A DNA stretch of 64,000 bases, from the NCBI GenBank assembly GCA_965116925.1, contig OZ220744.1, positions 5,984,001-6,048,000 of the forward strand. Direction: 5' to 3'. The notes under the pieces are model-generated. The model saw nothing but the letters and a program-made list of their open reading frames with translations. It was not told where the DNA came from and did not search any database. Positions 1-9,376 of this stretch are shown here, in pieces; positions within the stretch are counted from its first letter, which is position 1; each line of letters starts with the position of its first letter. The DNA is from Candidatus Poribacteria bacterium. GTDB lineage: Bacteria > Poribacteria > WGA-4E > PCPOR2b. Made by a program: the position numbers and the translations under genes.

Positions 1-1525
1 GGGTTTCACTCAGGTCACTCGATTGATAGCGTCCACCGTACAGACTGTGCTGAAGGGCTTTGACGTAGCCGGAGGCGGCGTTGTTCACGATGGCAAGGGT
101 AAAACCGAGTCCTAAGCGTCGTGCTGTTTCAAGTTCTCCGAGCATCATGTTGAATCCAGCATCGCCGGTAAGCCCAACCACCGGTGAATCTGGAGCAGCA
201 AGCTGTGCACCGATAACCCCCGGTAGACCGTAGCCGATCGAGGCAAACCCCCGATTTGCGATGTAGGAACGCCCCGCACGAGTTGAGTCATAGAGTAATC
301 CGGTCCAATGAGCGGCAAATCCACCATCAACAACAAGAATCCCATCATCGGGCATGACGCCTTGCAGTTCGCGAACCAATCGCGCCATGTGAATCGGACG
401 CTCCTCGGAGGCATAGCGGGGTTCTGCTTCTACCCGCCAAGCTGCCATCCGTTCTGCTAACTCCGCTAGGTAGGATGCGTGTTGGGCCTGTAAGGCTTCG
501 GCGTCGTCAGCGAGGCTAGCGTGAAGATCGATAAGCCCTTCAGCGGCATCCCCCCAGAGGGCGACTTCTGTGGGTGTCGTGCGTCCGATCTCCTCCGCTA
601 CGATATCGAGATGGATGAACGGGACACCTCGCGGCATCAGGGCGTAGCGTTTGGTGGCAATCTCGCCCATCTTGCAACCGACTGCGAGGATGCAATCTGA
701 GGATTCGATCAGGTCATTGGCAATCCGTGACCAGCGACCAAATAAGCCCACACTCAACGGATGTGTACACGGAATGGCACCCTTCCCGCTCAATGTCTGA
801 GCGACTGGGACGCTGAAATCTTCGGCGAACTTGAGTAGCACTTCATAGGCTCCTGAGAGATGGATACCACCCCCCGCGAGTATAATTGGTCGCTTAGAAC
901 GGCGGAACTGCGCTGCGGCGCGAGCAACCGCTTCACGGCCCGGACGGGGACGTTGAGCAGGGATACAGATAGTTTTTGGATCGATATAGAAATCGTCTAT
1001 CGGATAGTCAAATTCCCCGTGTGCTACATCTTCGGGGACATCGAGAACAACGGGTCCTGGTCGCCCGGAGGTCGCGATGGCGTAGGCACGGCGCACCAGT
1101 TCGGGGATGCGAAGGCCATCTTCGATCCGGATTAACGCCTTGACCGATGGGGCGAGGATCTCGGATTGACGCGCCTCCTGCGTCATGTTTTTCCAAGAAT
1201 GGGCACGGTTGCTGTTGCCAACGATAACGACGAGGGGCACCCCTGCGTTTAACGACTCGACGAGTCCTGTCACTAGGTTTGTGGCTCCCGGACCGAGCGT
1301 CGCATCGCAGATGCCGGGGCGTCCGGTCACGCGTGCCCATGCGTCAGCGGCGAATACGCCGGATCGCTCATCGTTGATGAGTGTATGTTGAAGCCCTAGT
1401 TCACGCACTGCATCGTAGAAGGGCAGTAGTTGGAACCCAGCCATACCGAACATCGGGGCGGGGTTATGGTTCTTGAGCATTTCGGCGAGTGCTTGCCCGC
1501 CGTTCATCTGTCGAAATGAAGACAT
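1..1525 (-). CDS. Thiamine-pyrophosphate-dependent enzyme (acetolactate synthase large subunit-like); 3' end runs off the window
   Basis: Not in the ORF track (no stop in window). Manual translation from ATG 1525: MSSFRQMNGGQALAEML...INDERSGVFAADAWARVTGRPGICDATLGPGATNLVTG...RPGPVVLDVPED...RPIILAGGG, the TPP-enzyme N-terminal and middle domain motifs. Confidence 0.9.
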   Translation of the reverse strand, partial: MSSFRQMNGGQALAEMLKNHNPAPMFGMAGFQLLPFYDAVRELGLQHTLINDERSGVFAADAWARVTGRPGICDATLGPGATNLVTGLVESLNAGVPLVVIVGNSNRAHSWKNMTQEARQSEILAPSVKALIRIEDGLRIPELVRRAYAIATSGRPGPVVLDVPEDVAHGEFDYPIDDFYIDPKTICIPAQRPRPGREAVARAAAQFRRSKRPIILAGGGIHLSGAYEVLLKFAEDFSVPVAQTLSGKGAIPCTHPLSVGLFGRWSRIANDLIESSDCILAVGCKMGEIATKRYALMPRGVPFIHLDIVAEEIGRTTPTEVALWGDAAEGLIDLHASLADDAEALQAQHASYLAELAERMAAWRVEAEPRYASEERPIHMARLVRELQGVMPDDGILVVDGGFAAHWTGLLYDSTRAGRSYIANRGFASIGYGLPGVIGAQLAAPDSPVVGLTGDAGFNMMLGELETARRLGLGFTLAIVNNAASGYVKALQHSLYGGRYQSSDLSET

Positions 1526-1543
1526 AGATCTCCACCCCCTCAA

Positions 1544-2362
1544 TTACGAAGTGAGCAATTCTACAAAGGTTGGCACTGTTATGCCAACGGTGACGTCACA
1601 TTTAGCAGCTTGTTTGTTAATGTATGAGACGATCCCATTTTCCCATGCGGAACACGCATCGCCGATACGGGCGGTCATGGCGTCGACTGTGACCGCCGGT
1701 GTAGAGTTCTGATCAAGGATTTCGAGACGTTGAATTCCAGCCATATCTATCCCAACGCCGGCATCGTTGAACACCGCCCCTCGCGCCTGCACTGCAAGTC
1801 CATAGCCGGGTCGTCCGGCAAGTCTCCCGCCGTGCGAACCCGTAATGATGATTGCGTCGCTATCGTTGGGCTCGACGAGTGATGCAGAGTCACAGGCGAT
1901 TACCCTCACTGGGCCTTCGCGTAGAAGTTTGCGTGTTTCCAGGTAGGCAGGTGCATCGCCTTCAAACACTTTACCACGCTGCATGGCTTCTGCCACCTCT
2001 TGGCAAGTTTCGCCCACGGCACAGCCGAGAGTTTTAGCGGTTGCATTGCAGTGGCTGATCTGTCCGCGTGTGAGCATGTCAGCACCGTCTCCAATACGTG
2101 CTGATGTATGGGCAACCGTTGCGGCTGCCATCCCTAGCCGCTGTAGATAATCGAGTGCTCCGATGCCTGCATTATCTAGCCCGATTCCTGCGTCATTGAA
2201 AATCACACCGCGTAAGCCTGCGAGTGCTGCCAAGTATCCGCAGTAGCTGCCTCCGTGGGAGCCGGCAACGAGCACGGTTCCCCGAAATTGGGGACCGAGT
2301 TTGGTAATGCTATCGGTGAGTTGAATGGTCTTGATGTCGTTGGGATTCAAAGCAACTTGCAT
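1544..2362 (-). CDS. Conserved hypothetical protein made of two homologous halves
   Basis: 272-aa ORF; GSHGG...G(V/A)xFNDAG(I/V)G...ARIGD occurs twice; 18 nt upstream of the TPP enzyme start. Confidence 0.8.
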   Translation of the reverse strand: MQVALNPNDIKTIQLTDSITKLGPQFRGTVLVAGSHGGSYCGYLAALAGLRGVIFNDAGIGLDNAGIGALDYLQRLGMAAATVAHTSARIGDGADMLTRGQISHCNATAKTLGCAVGETCQEVAEAMQRGKVFEGDAPAYLETRKLLREGPVRVIACDSASLVEPNDSDAIIITGSHGGRLAGRPGYGLAVQARGAVFNDAGVGIDMAGIQRLEILDQNSTPAVTVDAMTARIGDACSAWENGIVSYINKQAAKCDVTVGITVPTFVELLTS

Positions 2363-2423
2363 CGGATTTCTCTTTCTAGCAGTTGAGATTCATACCTTAG
2401 CACTATACTTGAACCTTTTCAGT

Positions 2424-3206
2424 TCAATACAATACATCCTCAATTGCTCTATGGAGTTTCCAATCGCCCTTTTCTTTGGCAAATTTTAACGCCTTATATA
2501 AATCCTCCCTCCCTCGCGGGCGGGCCAACTCATCCTTCGCTAAACTCCGATAGAAATAGGCACGAGCATTGTTTGGGTCAAGTTGGATAGCAGTGCCATA
2601 ATCGGCAATCCCGGCGAAATGTTGTCTTAATTTAACCTTCGCTAAACCTCGGTAGTTGTAGTAATCGGCATAATCAGGCTCAAGGCTTATCGCCTTGTCA
2701 AAATCGACAATCGCATCAGTATAGTGTCCGAAGTCATATTTCACCCTACCCCGATTACAGTAGGCATAGGCAGCATTGGGCTCAAGACTTATCAGCATGT
2801 CATAATCGGCAATCGCAGCGGTATGTTGTTCTAACTTGTATTTTATCCAACCTCGATCATTGTAGACATAGGTGGCATTGGGCTCAAGGCTTATTGCCAT
2901 GTCATAATCGACAATCGCAGCAGTGTGTAGTCCTAATACATCCTTTGCCTTACCCCGATAGTAGTAGGATTTAGCATCAGCCGGGTTGAGTTTTATCGCT
3001 ATATCATATTCGATTATGGCTTCAAAGTATTCACCTTTATCCGCTTTTGCTTTTCCCCTATCAACATATTTCTGGCTATCATCACCGTTGTTACCACTTG
3101 TCTGTATTTTACCACTTTGGGTACGCGAGGTGTCGGAAAGTATTCCGAAAATTATCAATCCTATAAATCCTAGGAGACAGGCAATTCCAATTAAACGTTC
3201 TTTCAT
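2424..3206 (-). CDS. Membrane-anchored tetratricopeptide repeat protein
   Basis: N-terminal hydrophobic helix followed by about five 34-aa TPR units (AIxDYDxAIxLxP..AxAYxNRG). Confidence 0.9.
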   Translation of the reverse strand: MKERLIGIACLLGFIGLIIFGILSDTSRTQSGKIQTSGNNGDDSQKYVDRGKAKADKGEYFEAIIEYDIAIKLNPADAKSYYYRGKAKDVLGLHTAAIVDYDMAISLEPNATYVYNDRGWIKYKLEQHTAAIADYDMLISLEPNAAYAYCNRGRVKYDFGHYTDAIVDFDKAISLEPDYADYYNYRGLAKVKLRQHFAGIADYGTAIQLDPNNARAYFYRSLAKDELARPRGREDLYKALKFAKEKGDWKLHRAIEDVLY

Positions 3207-3282
3207 TACACCTTGCTCTTTTCTATTTTGCTCAGTGAAGCCCTCAACTCCCCTTTCAATGAGCTAAATCTTGTCTAATCTA

Positions 3283-3644
3283 ACGCAAGTTGCTAGTTGA
3301 TAACCAAACGTCAGAAACCGACACAATAGTCGGGAATTGAAATTCTCTCCTACTAAAAACATACGGTAGGATTCGTCCCCTCCGAATCGTGACTCTGACT
3401 GTTGACGCATATCGTAGGGAACAACGATCGTTGTTCCCTACAACTCGTTAGGTGTAACAACACTGCTAAGTTTTGGTGATTTGCTCTACTATACACATTG
3501 CGCTCCGCTGGAGCGCGGACCTTGAGACAATCGCCGTTCTATAGACATATCGCTCTTCTGGAACGAAGATTGAACACTTGACGGGCGGGGCAACTCCGCC
3601 CCTACGAGAAAACTGATGGATTTTCAATAGATGATAGCTTGGAT
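3283..3644. mobile_element. Degenerate MITE (ACGCAAGTTGCTAGTTG end type) filled with nested REP-like hairpins
   Basis: Left end ACGCAAGTTGCTAGTTG at 3283, degenerate right end near 3644; internal hairpins such as GTAGGGAACAACGATCGTTGTTCCCTAC and GGGCGGGGCAACTCCGCCCCTAC. Confidence 0.55.
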
Positions 3645-3678
3645 TAGTATAGCACATTGATAGAAATTTTCAACATAT

Positions 3679-4929
3679 TTATCCGACAGATTGTCGCCGT
3701 TGTAGGCGGAGATGTATCAGGAAACTGAGTGTGCCGATGACAGTCAGGCTCGCGCCAGTTAGGAAAAGACTGCGGTAGCCGAGTGTTTCGATGATGTAGC
3801 CGCCTCCCAACGCCATGGCTGAGAAACTCAAGCCCGATGCCATCTCACCGGCACCGGACATCGTCCCTCGGCGGGTTGGTGACACCACCTCCATGGTGTA
3901 AACGAGGAAGGTCGGATACCGGATCGAGGTCAACGCAAGCACTCCGATGAAACCGAGTCCAGCAGCACTCCAGTGAGAGATAAGGATTAACGGCAACATA
4001 CTGATTGCGGTTCCTAGCGATGCCCACGCAGCAGTGCGACCATAGCCCCATCGTCTCGTCAGCAGGGGTACAATCAAGGCTGTTGGGATAGAGAGCAGCC
4101 TACCTGTGGCGGATAACACACCGATGTGAACTGTGGAGATGTGTAGACCGGCATCCATGTAGACGTTAAAGAAGATGAAGAGCGTGCCCACACCGGTTAC
4201 GACGAGGAGCCGAACTAACGTCAGGAATGCAATCAACCGGAGGGGAGAACTCTCTTTGGCCTGTCTTTCTGTTATGGGTTGAACGTGAGGCTCACGGGTT
4301 GCTACGATTGCTATAACCGTAGGAATTAACAATAGGCTGGCAAGTAACAACGAGTATCGGTACGGCGCGGCCTGATCGAGCGAAACGCCAAGATATATGG
4401 CACAAACTCCCGGCAGGAAACCACCGACTAGACTTCCAACAAATCCAGCCAGCGACCAGAGTGCTGCTTGCACTGAAAAGACATGGCTGCGCTCATTCTG
4501 TCGGGTGACTTTCATCACAAACGGTGCAGTGTTTGCAAAGTACATGGCAAAACCGATGAATGCGAAGCACCAAGTAATGAGCAACCACACAGCTTGCCAG
4601 TTTCCTGTGCGTAATTCGGCAAAGGGTAGGAATCCGCAGCCTATCATGAGTAGAGTCAACCCTGTAATCATCATACGACGATTGCCTAAGCGTCCGCTGA
4701 GGGTTCCGGCAGGCAGGCAAAAGAGGGCAAAGAGCAGCATCCCGCTTCCGTTAACCAAGCCAACAAATTCGGGTCCATATCCTAGGCGCAGTAGGTACAG
4801 GTTGAATAGAACGGTATAGATGCCACCATCGACGGTTAGTCCGATTAACATCGTAGTGATGAGGTACAGGCGCACATCGCGGTTGAAATCACGCAGGACG
4901 TGGAGATAGGTGGGAGTTGCTCTGTTCAT
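3679..4929 (-). CDS. MFS transporter
   Basis: 416 aa with about 12 hydrophobic segments and MFS loop motifs (GTLSGRLGNRR, LTRRWGYGR). Confidence 0.9.
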   Translation of the reverse strand: MNRATPTYLHVLRDFNRDVRLYLITTMLIGLTVDGGIYTVLFNLYLLRLGYGPEFVGLVNGSGMLLFALFCLPAGTLSGRLGNRRMMITGLTLLMIGCGFLPFAELRTGNWQAVWLLITWCFAFIGFAMYFANTAPFVMKVTRQNERSHVFSVQAALWSLAGFVGSLVGGFLPGVCAIYLGVSLDQAAPYRYSLLLASLLLIPTVIAIVATREPHVQPITERQAKESSPLRLIAFLTLVRLLVVTGVGTLFIFFNVYMDAGLHISTVHIGVLSATGRLLSIPTALIVPLLTRRWGYGRTAAWASLGTAISMLPLILISHWSAAGLGFIGVLALTSIRYPTFLVYTMEVVSPTRRGTMSGAGEMASGLSFSAMALGGGYIIETLGYRSLFLTGASLTVIGTLSFLIHLRLQRRQSVG

Positions 4930-4944
4930 GCTGTTGGACGTGAC

Positions 4945-5982
4945 CTATGCCCTCTCGACCAACTGGCGTGTGGCATCCACCACGTAGGTTACATCATCGC
5001 GTGTGATGTGACGATGGACAACTAGACGCGCACTAGCAGGAGGGCGCGGGTTCGCGAGGATACCGCAGGTCCTCCATTTCTCAATAAGCGATTCAGAACG
5101 CCACCCTAGTTCCTCGACGTTTACCATGGCGAAGTTAGTAGGTGTGGGAGGGCGTTGGATTTTTAGCCCTTCAATTGACTCCAATCCTGTACAGAGTAGG
5201 CGGGCGTTTTCATGGTCTTCCGCCAGTCGATCCACCATCTTCTCCAATGCGACAATACCCGCTGCCGCGATAATACCCGCTTGACGCATACCGCCGCCCA
5301 TGCGTTTGCGTACAGCATCGGCTTCGTCAATAAAGACATGGCTACCACACAGTAACGATCCTACCGGCGCACTCAACCCTTTTGATACGCAGAACATCAC
5401 CGAGTCAATGTGCCGGGTATAATCTTTTACACCTATCCCATGTGCCACCACTGCATTAAAGAGTCGAGCACCGTCCATGTGGATTTTCAATCCGTGCGTT
5501 CTCGCTGCTGTGGAAACCGCTTCTACCTCTGCGGGCGTCCATGCGGATCCGCCGCTGCCGTTGTGGGTGTTCTCAATACACAGTAGGCTCGGTTGGGAGA
5601 CGTCCTCCGAATTGATGATCTCGTCCAACTGTTCGGGTTGAATTACTCCGAACTCCGCCTGCATCGGATGGGGTTTCACTCCATGGAGGACGGCAAATTC
5701 GCCCCGCGCTCCGGCGAACAGATGAGCGCGTTCCTCGAAAAAGACATCGCCCCCCGAACGGGTGTGAGCGAATAACGCACATGCGTTGCCCATGGTGCCG
5801 CTAGGCACATAAAGCCCCGCCTCCATTCCGAGTGTTTCTGCAGCCAGTTCTTGGAGTTTATTGACGGTGGTATCCTCTCCGTAACCGTCATCTCCGAGGG
5901 CTGCCTCCATCATGGCTTCCTTCATTTCTTGTGTCGGCAGGGTAACGGTGTCACTTCTCAGGTCTACTGTTCTTTCTGGCAT
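4945..5982 (-). CDS. ltaE: Low-specificity L-threonine aldolase family (PLP-dependent)
   Basis: DLRSDTVT, SGTMGN, ENTHN, HMDGAR and SKGLSAPVGS motifs. Confidence 0.88.
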   Translation of the reverse strand: MPERTVDLRSDTVTLPTQEMKEAMMEAALGDDGYGEDTTVNKLQELAAETLGMEAGLYVPSGTMGNACALFAHTRSGGDVFFEERAHLFAGARGEFAVLHGVKPHPMQAEFGVIQPEQLDEIINSEDVSQPSLLCIENTHNGSGGSAWTPAEVEAVSTAARTHGLKIHMDGARLFNAVVAHGIGVKDYTRHIDSVMFCVSKGLSAPVGSLLCGSHVFIDEADAVRKRMGGGMRQAGIIAAAGIVALEKMVDRLAEDHENARLLCTGLESIEGLKIQRPPTPTNFAMVNVEELGWRSESLIEKWRTCGILANPRPPASARLVVHRHITRDDVTYVVDATRQLVERA

Positions 5983-6024
5983 TCTCTTTTCTTTCTGTAT
6001 CCATCAAAGGGCGAGTGTGCCTCG

Positions 6025-7161
6025 CTAATGAGGATCAACCCTAAAGTGTTTTACCACATCTTCATTCAACTCAAATCCCAGTCCCGGACGGTCAGGCACT
6101 TCGATAAAGCCGTCTGCATCAACCTCCATTGTCGGGGTTAGCAGCTCGGAGATGATTGGCGAATCTGGAAATGCGATGGGCGTCTCAAAATACGGCATAT
6201 TCGGGAGTACCGCAGCGAGATGGATTTCTGCCGCCACTCCGACGACATGGCACCACGCGTGGGGTACACAAATCAGTCCCCTTCGATAAGCGGCTTCCGC
6301 AATCCGTGCAATTTCTCGAATTCCGCCTGAACGGACTGAACTGGGCTGCACCACATCCACCCGTCCTTTCTCCATAATATCCTCAAACTCAAATCGTGTG
6401 GTGAAACCCCAATCGCCTACCGCAATGCGGGTATCTACCGCATCTGCCAACCGGGCATAGCCGGCGAGATTGTCCGCTGGGAGGGGTGCCTCAATAAAGT
6501 ACGGGCGATATTCTTCAATCGCACGGATCGAGGCGATGGCTTGTCCGACCTCGTACCAGCAGTTCTGCACATCAATCAGGATTTCTCTGTCCTCACCGAT
6601 GGTTTCACGGACGGCTCCCACAATTTCGGCATCGCGCTGTGTGCTGACATGTCCGAAACCGCCGGGCCACTCCTCTAACTTCATTGCATGAAAGTTCCGT
6701 TCCTTTGCCAATGTAAAACGTTCGACAATCTCCTCTACATCCTCACCCGGCGGGTAGACGGTCGCATAGGGCATCACCTTCTTTTTAATTTCGCCGGCTT
6801 CCCGCACGGTGCAGCAGGCGTGCCAGATCAGTTCACAGACCGGCTTGCCGAGTGCTTTGCCTGTAATATCCCAGAGTGCGGTCTCCACCGCTCCAATGGC
6901 AGCAATGGTGACGCCACGTCTCCCGAATAAGCCTGTGGCGGAGTACATTTTTTGCCACAAGCGTTCAACTTGCAGCGGGTCTTCGCCGCCCAGAAGTCCT
7001 TGTAAGCCGCCGTCGGTGCGGATGATAGCATCAATCACCAGTGATGGGGATTCCGCCTGCCCAATCCCGGTGATACCTTCATCGGTATGCACGCGTACTA
7101 AGGTTTCGTCCGCTTTACCCGGATCTGTCAACGCAATGGTTTCTATTTCTGTGATTTTCAT
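6025..7161 (-). CDS. Mandelate racemase/muconate lactonizing enzyme family protein
   Basis: VRVHTDEGITGIG, ETALWDITGKALG, FIEAPL and VPDRPGLG enolase-superfamily motifs. Confidence 0.9.
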   Translation of the reverse strand: MKITEIETIALTDPGKADETLVRVHTDEGITGIGQAESPSLVIDAIIRTDGGLQGLLGGEDPLQVERLWQKMYSATGLFGRRGVTIAAIGAVETALWDITGKALGKPVCELIWHACCTVREAGEIKKKVMPYATVYPPGEDVEEIVERFTLAKERNFHAMKLEEWPGGFGHVSTQRDAEIVGAVRETIGEDREILIDVQNCWYEVGQAIASIRAIEEYRPYFIEAPLPADNLAGYARLADAVDTRIAVGDWGFTTRFEFEDIMEKGRVDVVQPSSVRSGGIREIARIAEAAYRRGLICVPHAWCHVVGVAAEIHLAAVLPNMPYFETPIAFPDSPIISELLTPTMEVDADGFIEVPDRPGLGFELNEDVVKHFRVDPH

Positions 7162-7454
7162 TTTAGTTTAGCCTCTTATCTCTCGCTAGGAATGCCGTTC
7201 GATGGCGGATTATAGCACGTTTTCTGACGCTGAATCAAGTGGATGTTGCCTGACTAGAAGTTCTCTATGAAACAGTGAAGATGGAATCATTTACGGGCGA
7301 GGTCACCTCGCCCCTACGATTGATGCAGAACCTACCCTCGATCTTATCGGGACCCGCGTTGATTTCCGTAGGGATTGGGTTGCCCAACCCGTTGGCACCG
7401 TGCTGTAATTTGCATAACGGTTACGGCATACGGCGTATGCCTACTACTATCTTA

Positions 7455-7753
7455 ACGCAAGTTGCTAGTTGTATGTGACGCAGTAAAAGTCAGCTCCCAA
7501 TATCCGTAGGTCGGGCATCATGGGTTTTAAGAAATTAAACGGGTAATTCTATATTTTCCCAGACCCGGTAGGTGCGGTTTCCAACCGCACCGGACATCGC
7601 TCGGAAATTACCCAATTAATAAATTAATCTTCATCTTGCCCGACTCATAGCCCCAGCGGGGCGACATGTGTAAAGAAAATAGGATAAAACCAGCCTTAAA
7701 GCCCCAGCGGGGCGACATGTATGTGGTATCGTAACGCAACTAGCAACTTAGGT
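7455..7753. mobile_element. MITE with terminal inverted repeats, 7-bp target duplication and REP-like cargo
   Basis: Ends ACGCAAGTTGCTAGTTG / CAACTAGCAACTTAGGT; direct repeat TATCTTA at 7448-7454 and 7754-7760; two GCCCCAGCGGGGCGACATGT hairpins inside. Confidence 0.75.
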
Positions 7754-9120
7754 TATCTTAGAAAAAATTGAGGGAGCAGTTCTTTTGACGCGAGGAGCAG
7801 CTCGTCGAGCATCGCTTCCGCTTTATCGGGCAGGATTGCCATTTCATCGATCAGCAACGCCTGAAGTGCGAGGTTACGATCTCCCTTGACTGCAGCATCA
7901 GCGACCAGTTCGTGCCACACGAACCGTTTCTCCAGAATCCCTTTGAGCACCGGCGGCACCTCACCCATCTGTATTGCGCGCACGCCTCCAGAGTCCGTTA
8001 CGCCCTCCAACTCGACTTCAGCCGTTGCGGGAAGGTTAGCGATTGCGCCTTGGTTGGCGACGTTGACGATATAAATCTCACGACGACCATTTGCAATGGC
8101 ACCGATGAGGCTTGCGATGCCTTCGCCGGTGATCGAGTCGTCCTGCACGTCGGGCAATTGGATCTCGTCCAGAAGCCCCTGATACTCCTTAAAGAATTCG
8201 GCACGAACTTCCGGTTCGGCAGGTGCTGCGGTCGGTTTGCCGGTTTCGTAGCCGTGTCCCAGAAGGCTCTCGTACATGCCGTAAGGTAAATTCTTCGGCC
8301 CGCCCTGCACCTGTGTCAAAAACGGGTAAAACTCTATAATGTGATCGTCGGACGGATAAACGATATGATACCCGTAAATTTGTGATAACCTTGCACTGAG
8401 GACTCGCCCTTTCGGTGCTTGACGTTCGGCGACACGCCGCATCAATTCTGGATACAGGTCCTCTCCCTTGTGTAGAACGCGGGTGAACCAAAAATAATGA
8501 TTCGTTCCGACCCACATGCAATCCAGTTCTGTAGGCGACACACCCAGAATCTCTGCCGCATACACGATCCCTGCTTGTACCCCGTGGCAGATGCCGATGA
8601 CGTTCACGTCGGTATACTTGTGCATCGCGCGTAGTAGCGTTGCCATGGGGTTTGAATGGTTAAACATGATAGCCTTGGGGCAACGCTTCTCCATCTCTTG
8701 ACAGATGTTGATATAAGCGGGGATTGACCGTAGCGCCATCATCATCCCTGCCGGTCCGCAGGTGTCACCGATAACTTGAGAAATACCGTATTTCTCTGGG
8801 ATGCGGATATCGGCGTTGTGGAAATATGAGTTGTAAACATTCCGCGTGATTTCGGCACCGCTTCCGCCAATCGAAGAGATAGCGAAATCTGCACCATCAA
8901 CGGCATCAACAAGGTCAATCGTCGAACGAATTTTGAATCTCGTTCCTGCGATTTCGGCTAAACGCCTTCCCATTGCCGCCATTCTTTCAACCTTTTCGCT
9001 GTCGATGTCGTAGAGGACGAGTTCCGAATCGCCCAGATCTTGACTCAACAGCAAATCTGGTATTGCGCGGCGGAAATAGAGACTTCCACCGCCGAGACAT
9101 ACGATCTTTTTAGCTGGCAC
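7753..9120 (-). CDS. Family 4 glycoside hydrolase (NAD/Mn-dependent, alpha-galactosidase-like)
   Basis: LGGGS NAD-binding motif, GDTCGPAG, NHSNPM, catalytic GICHG and GTNH motifs. Confidence 0.9.
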   Translation of the reverse strand: MPAKKIVCLGGGSLYFRRAIPDLLLSQDLGDSELVLYDIDSEKVERMAAMGRRLAEIAGTRFKIRSTIDLVDAVDGADFAISSIGGSGAEITRNVYNSYFHNADIRIPEKYGISQVIGDTCGPAGMMMALRSIPAYINICQEMEKRCPKAIMFNHSNPMATLLRAMHKYTDVNVIGICHGVQAGIVYAAEILGVSPTELDCMWVGTNHYFWFTRVLHKGEDLYPELMRRVAERQAPKGRVLSARLSQIYGYHIVYPSDDHIIEFYPFLTQVQGGPKNLPYGMYESLLGHGYETGKPTAAPAEPEVRAEFFKEYQGLLDEIQLPDVQDDSITGEGIASLIGAIANGRREIYIVNVANQGAIANLPATAEVELEGVTDSGGVRAIQMGEVPPVLKGILEKRFVWHELVADAAVKGDRNLALQALLIDEMAILPDKAEAMLDELLLASKELLPQFFLR

Positions 9121-9239
9121 AACAATACCTCCGTGGTGATAATGAATTAAGATTTTGGGCTGATTCTTTTGGCATGACTTTGGTTTGAATGGTCAGAAAA
9201 TCGTCAACGGGATTTTGAACCAGCCCGGAATTTGTACGC

Positions 9240-9268
9240 ATTTTATGATAGTTTTCAAAGGTTGTCAA
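9240..9268 (-). promoter_or_regulatory. Putative sigma70 promoter for the GH4 gene
   Basis: Minus strand reads TTGACA-17 nt-TAAAAT. Confidence 0.55.
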
Positions 9269-9290
9269 TACGAAGGATTCGGTTTTGATG

Positions 9291-9319
9291 TTGAGTTTTG
9301 ACGGCTCCGGTTGTATAAT
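9291..9319 (+). promoter_or_regulatory. Putative sigma70 promoter for the cytochrome b gene
   Basis: TTGAGT-17 nt-TATAAT upstream of the AGGAGG RBS at 9361. Confidence 0.5.
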
Positions 9320-9376
9320 TTACACAAGGATCGACGCAAGTTTAACCGAACTCGTTTTCAAGGAGGAATCACACCG

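Noticed and set aside
145..1712. Short ORFs in the track at the window start, and similar antisense or alternative-frame ORFs throughout
   Set aside because: They overlap well-supported genes (here the TPP enzyme) and have no recognisable motifs, so they were treated as shadow ORFs.
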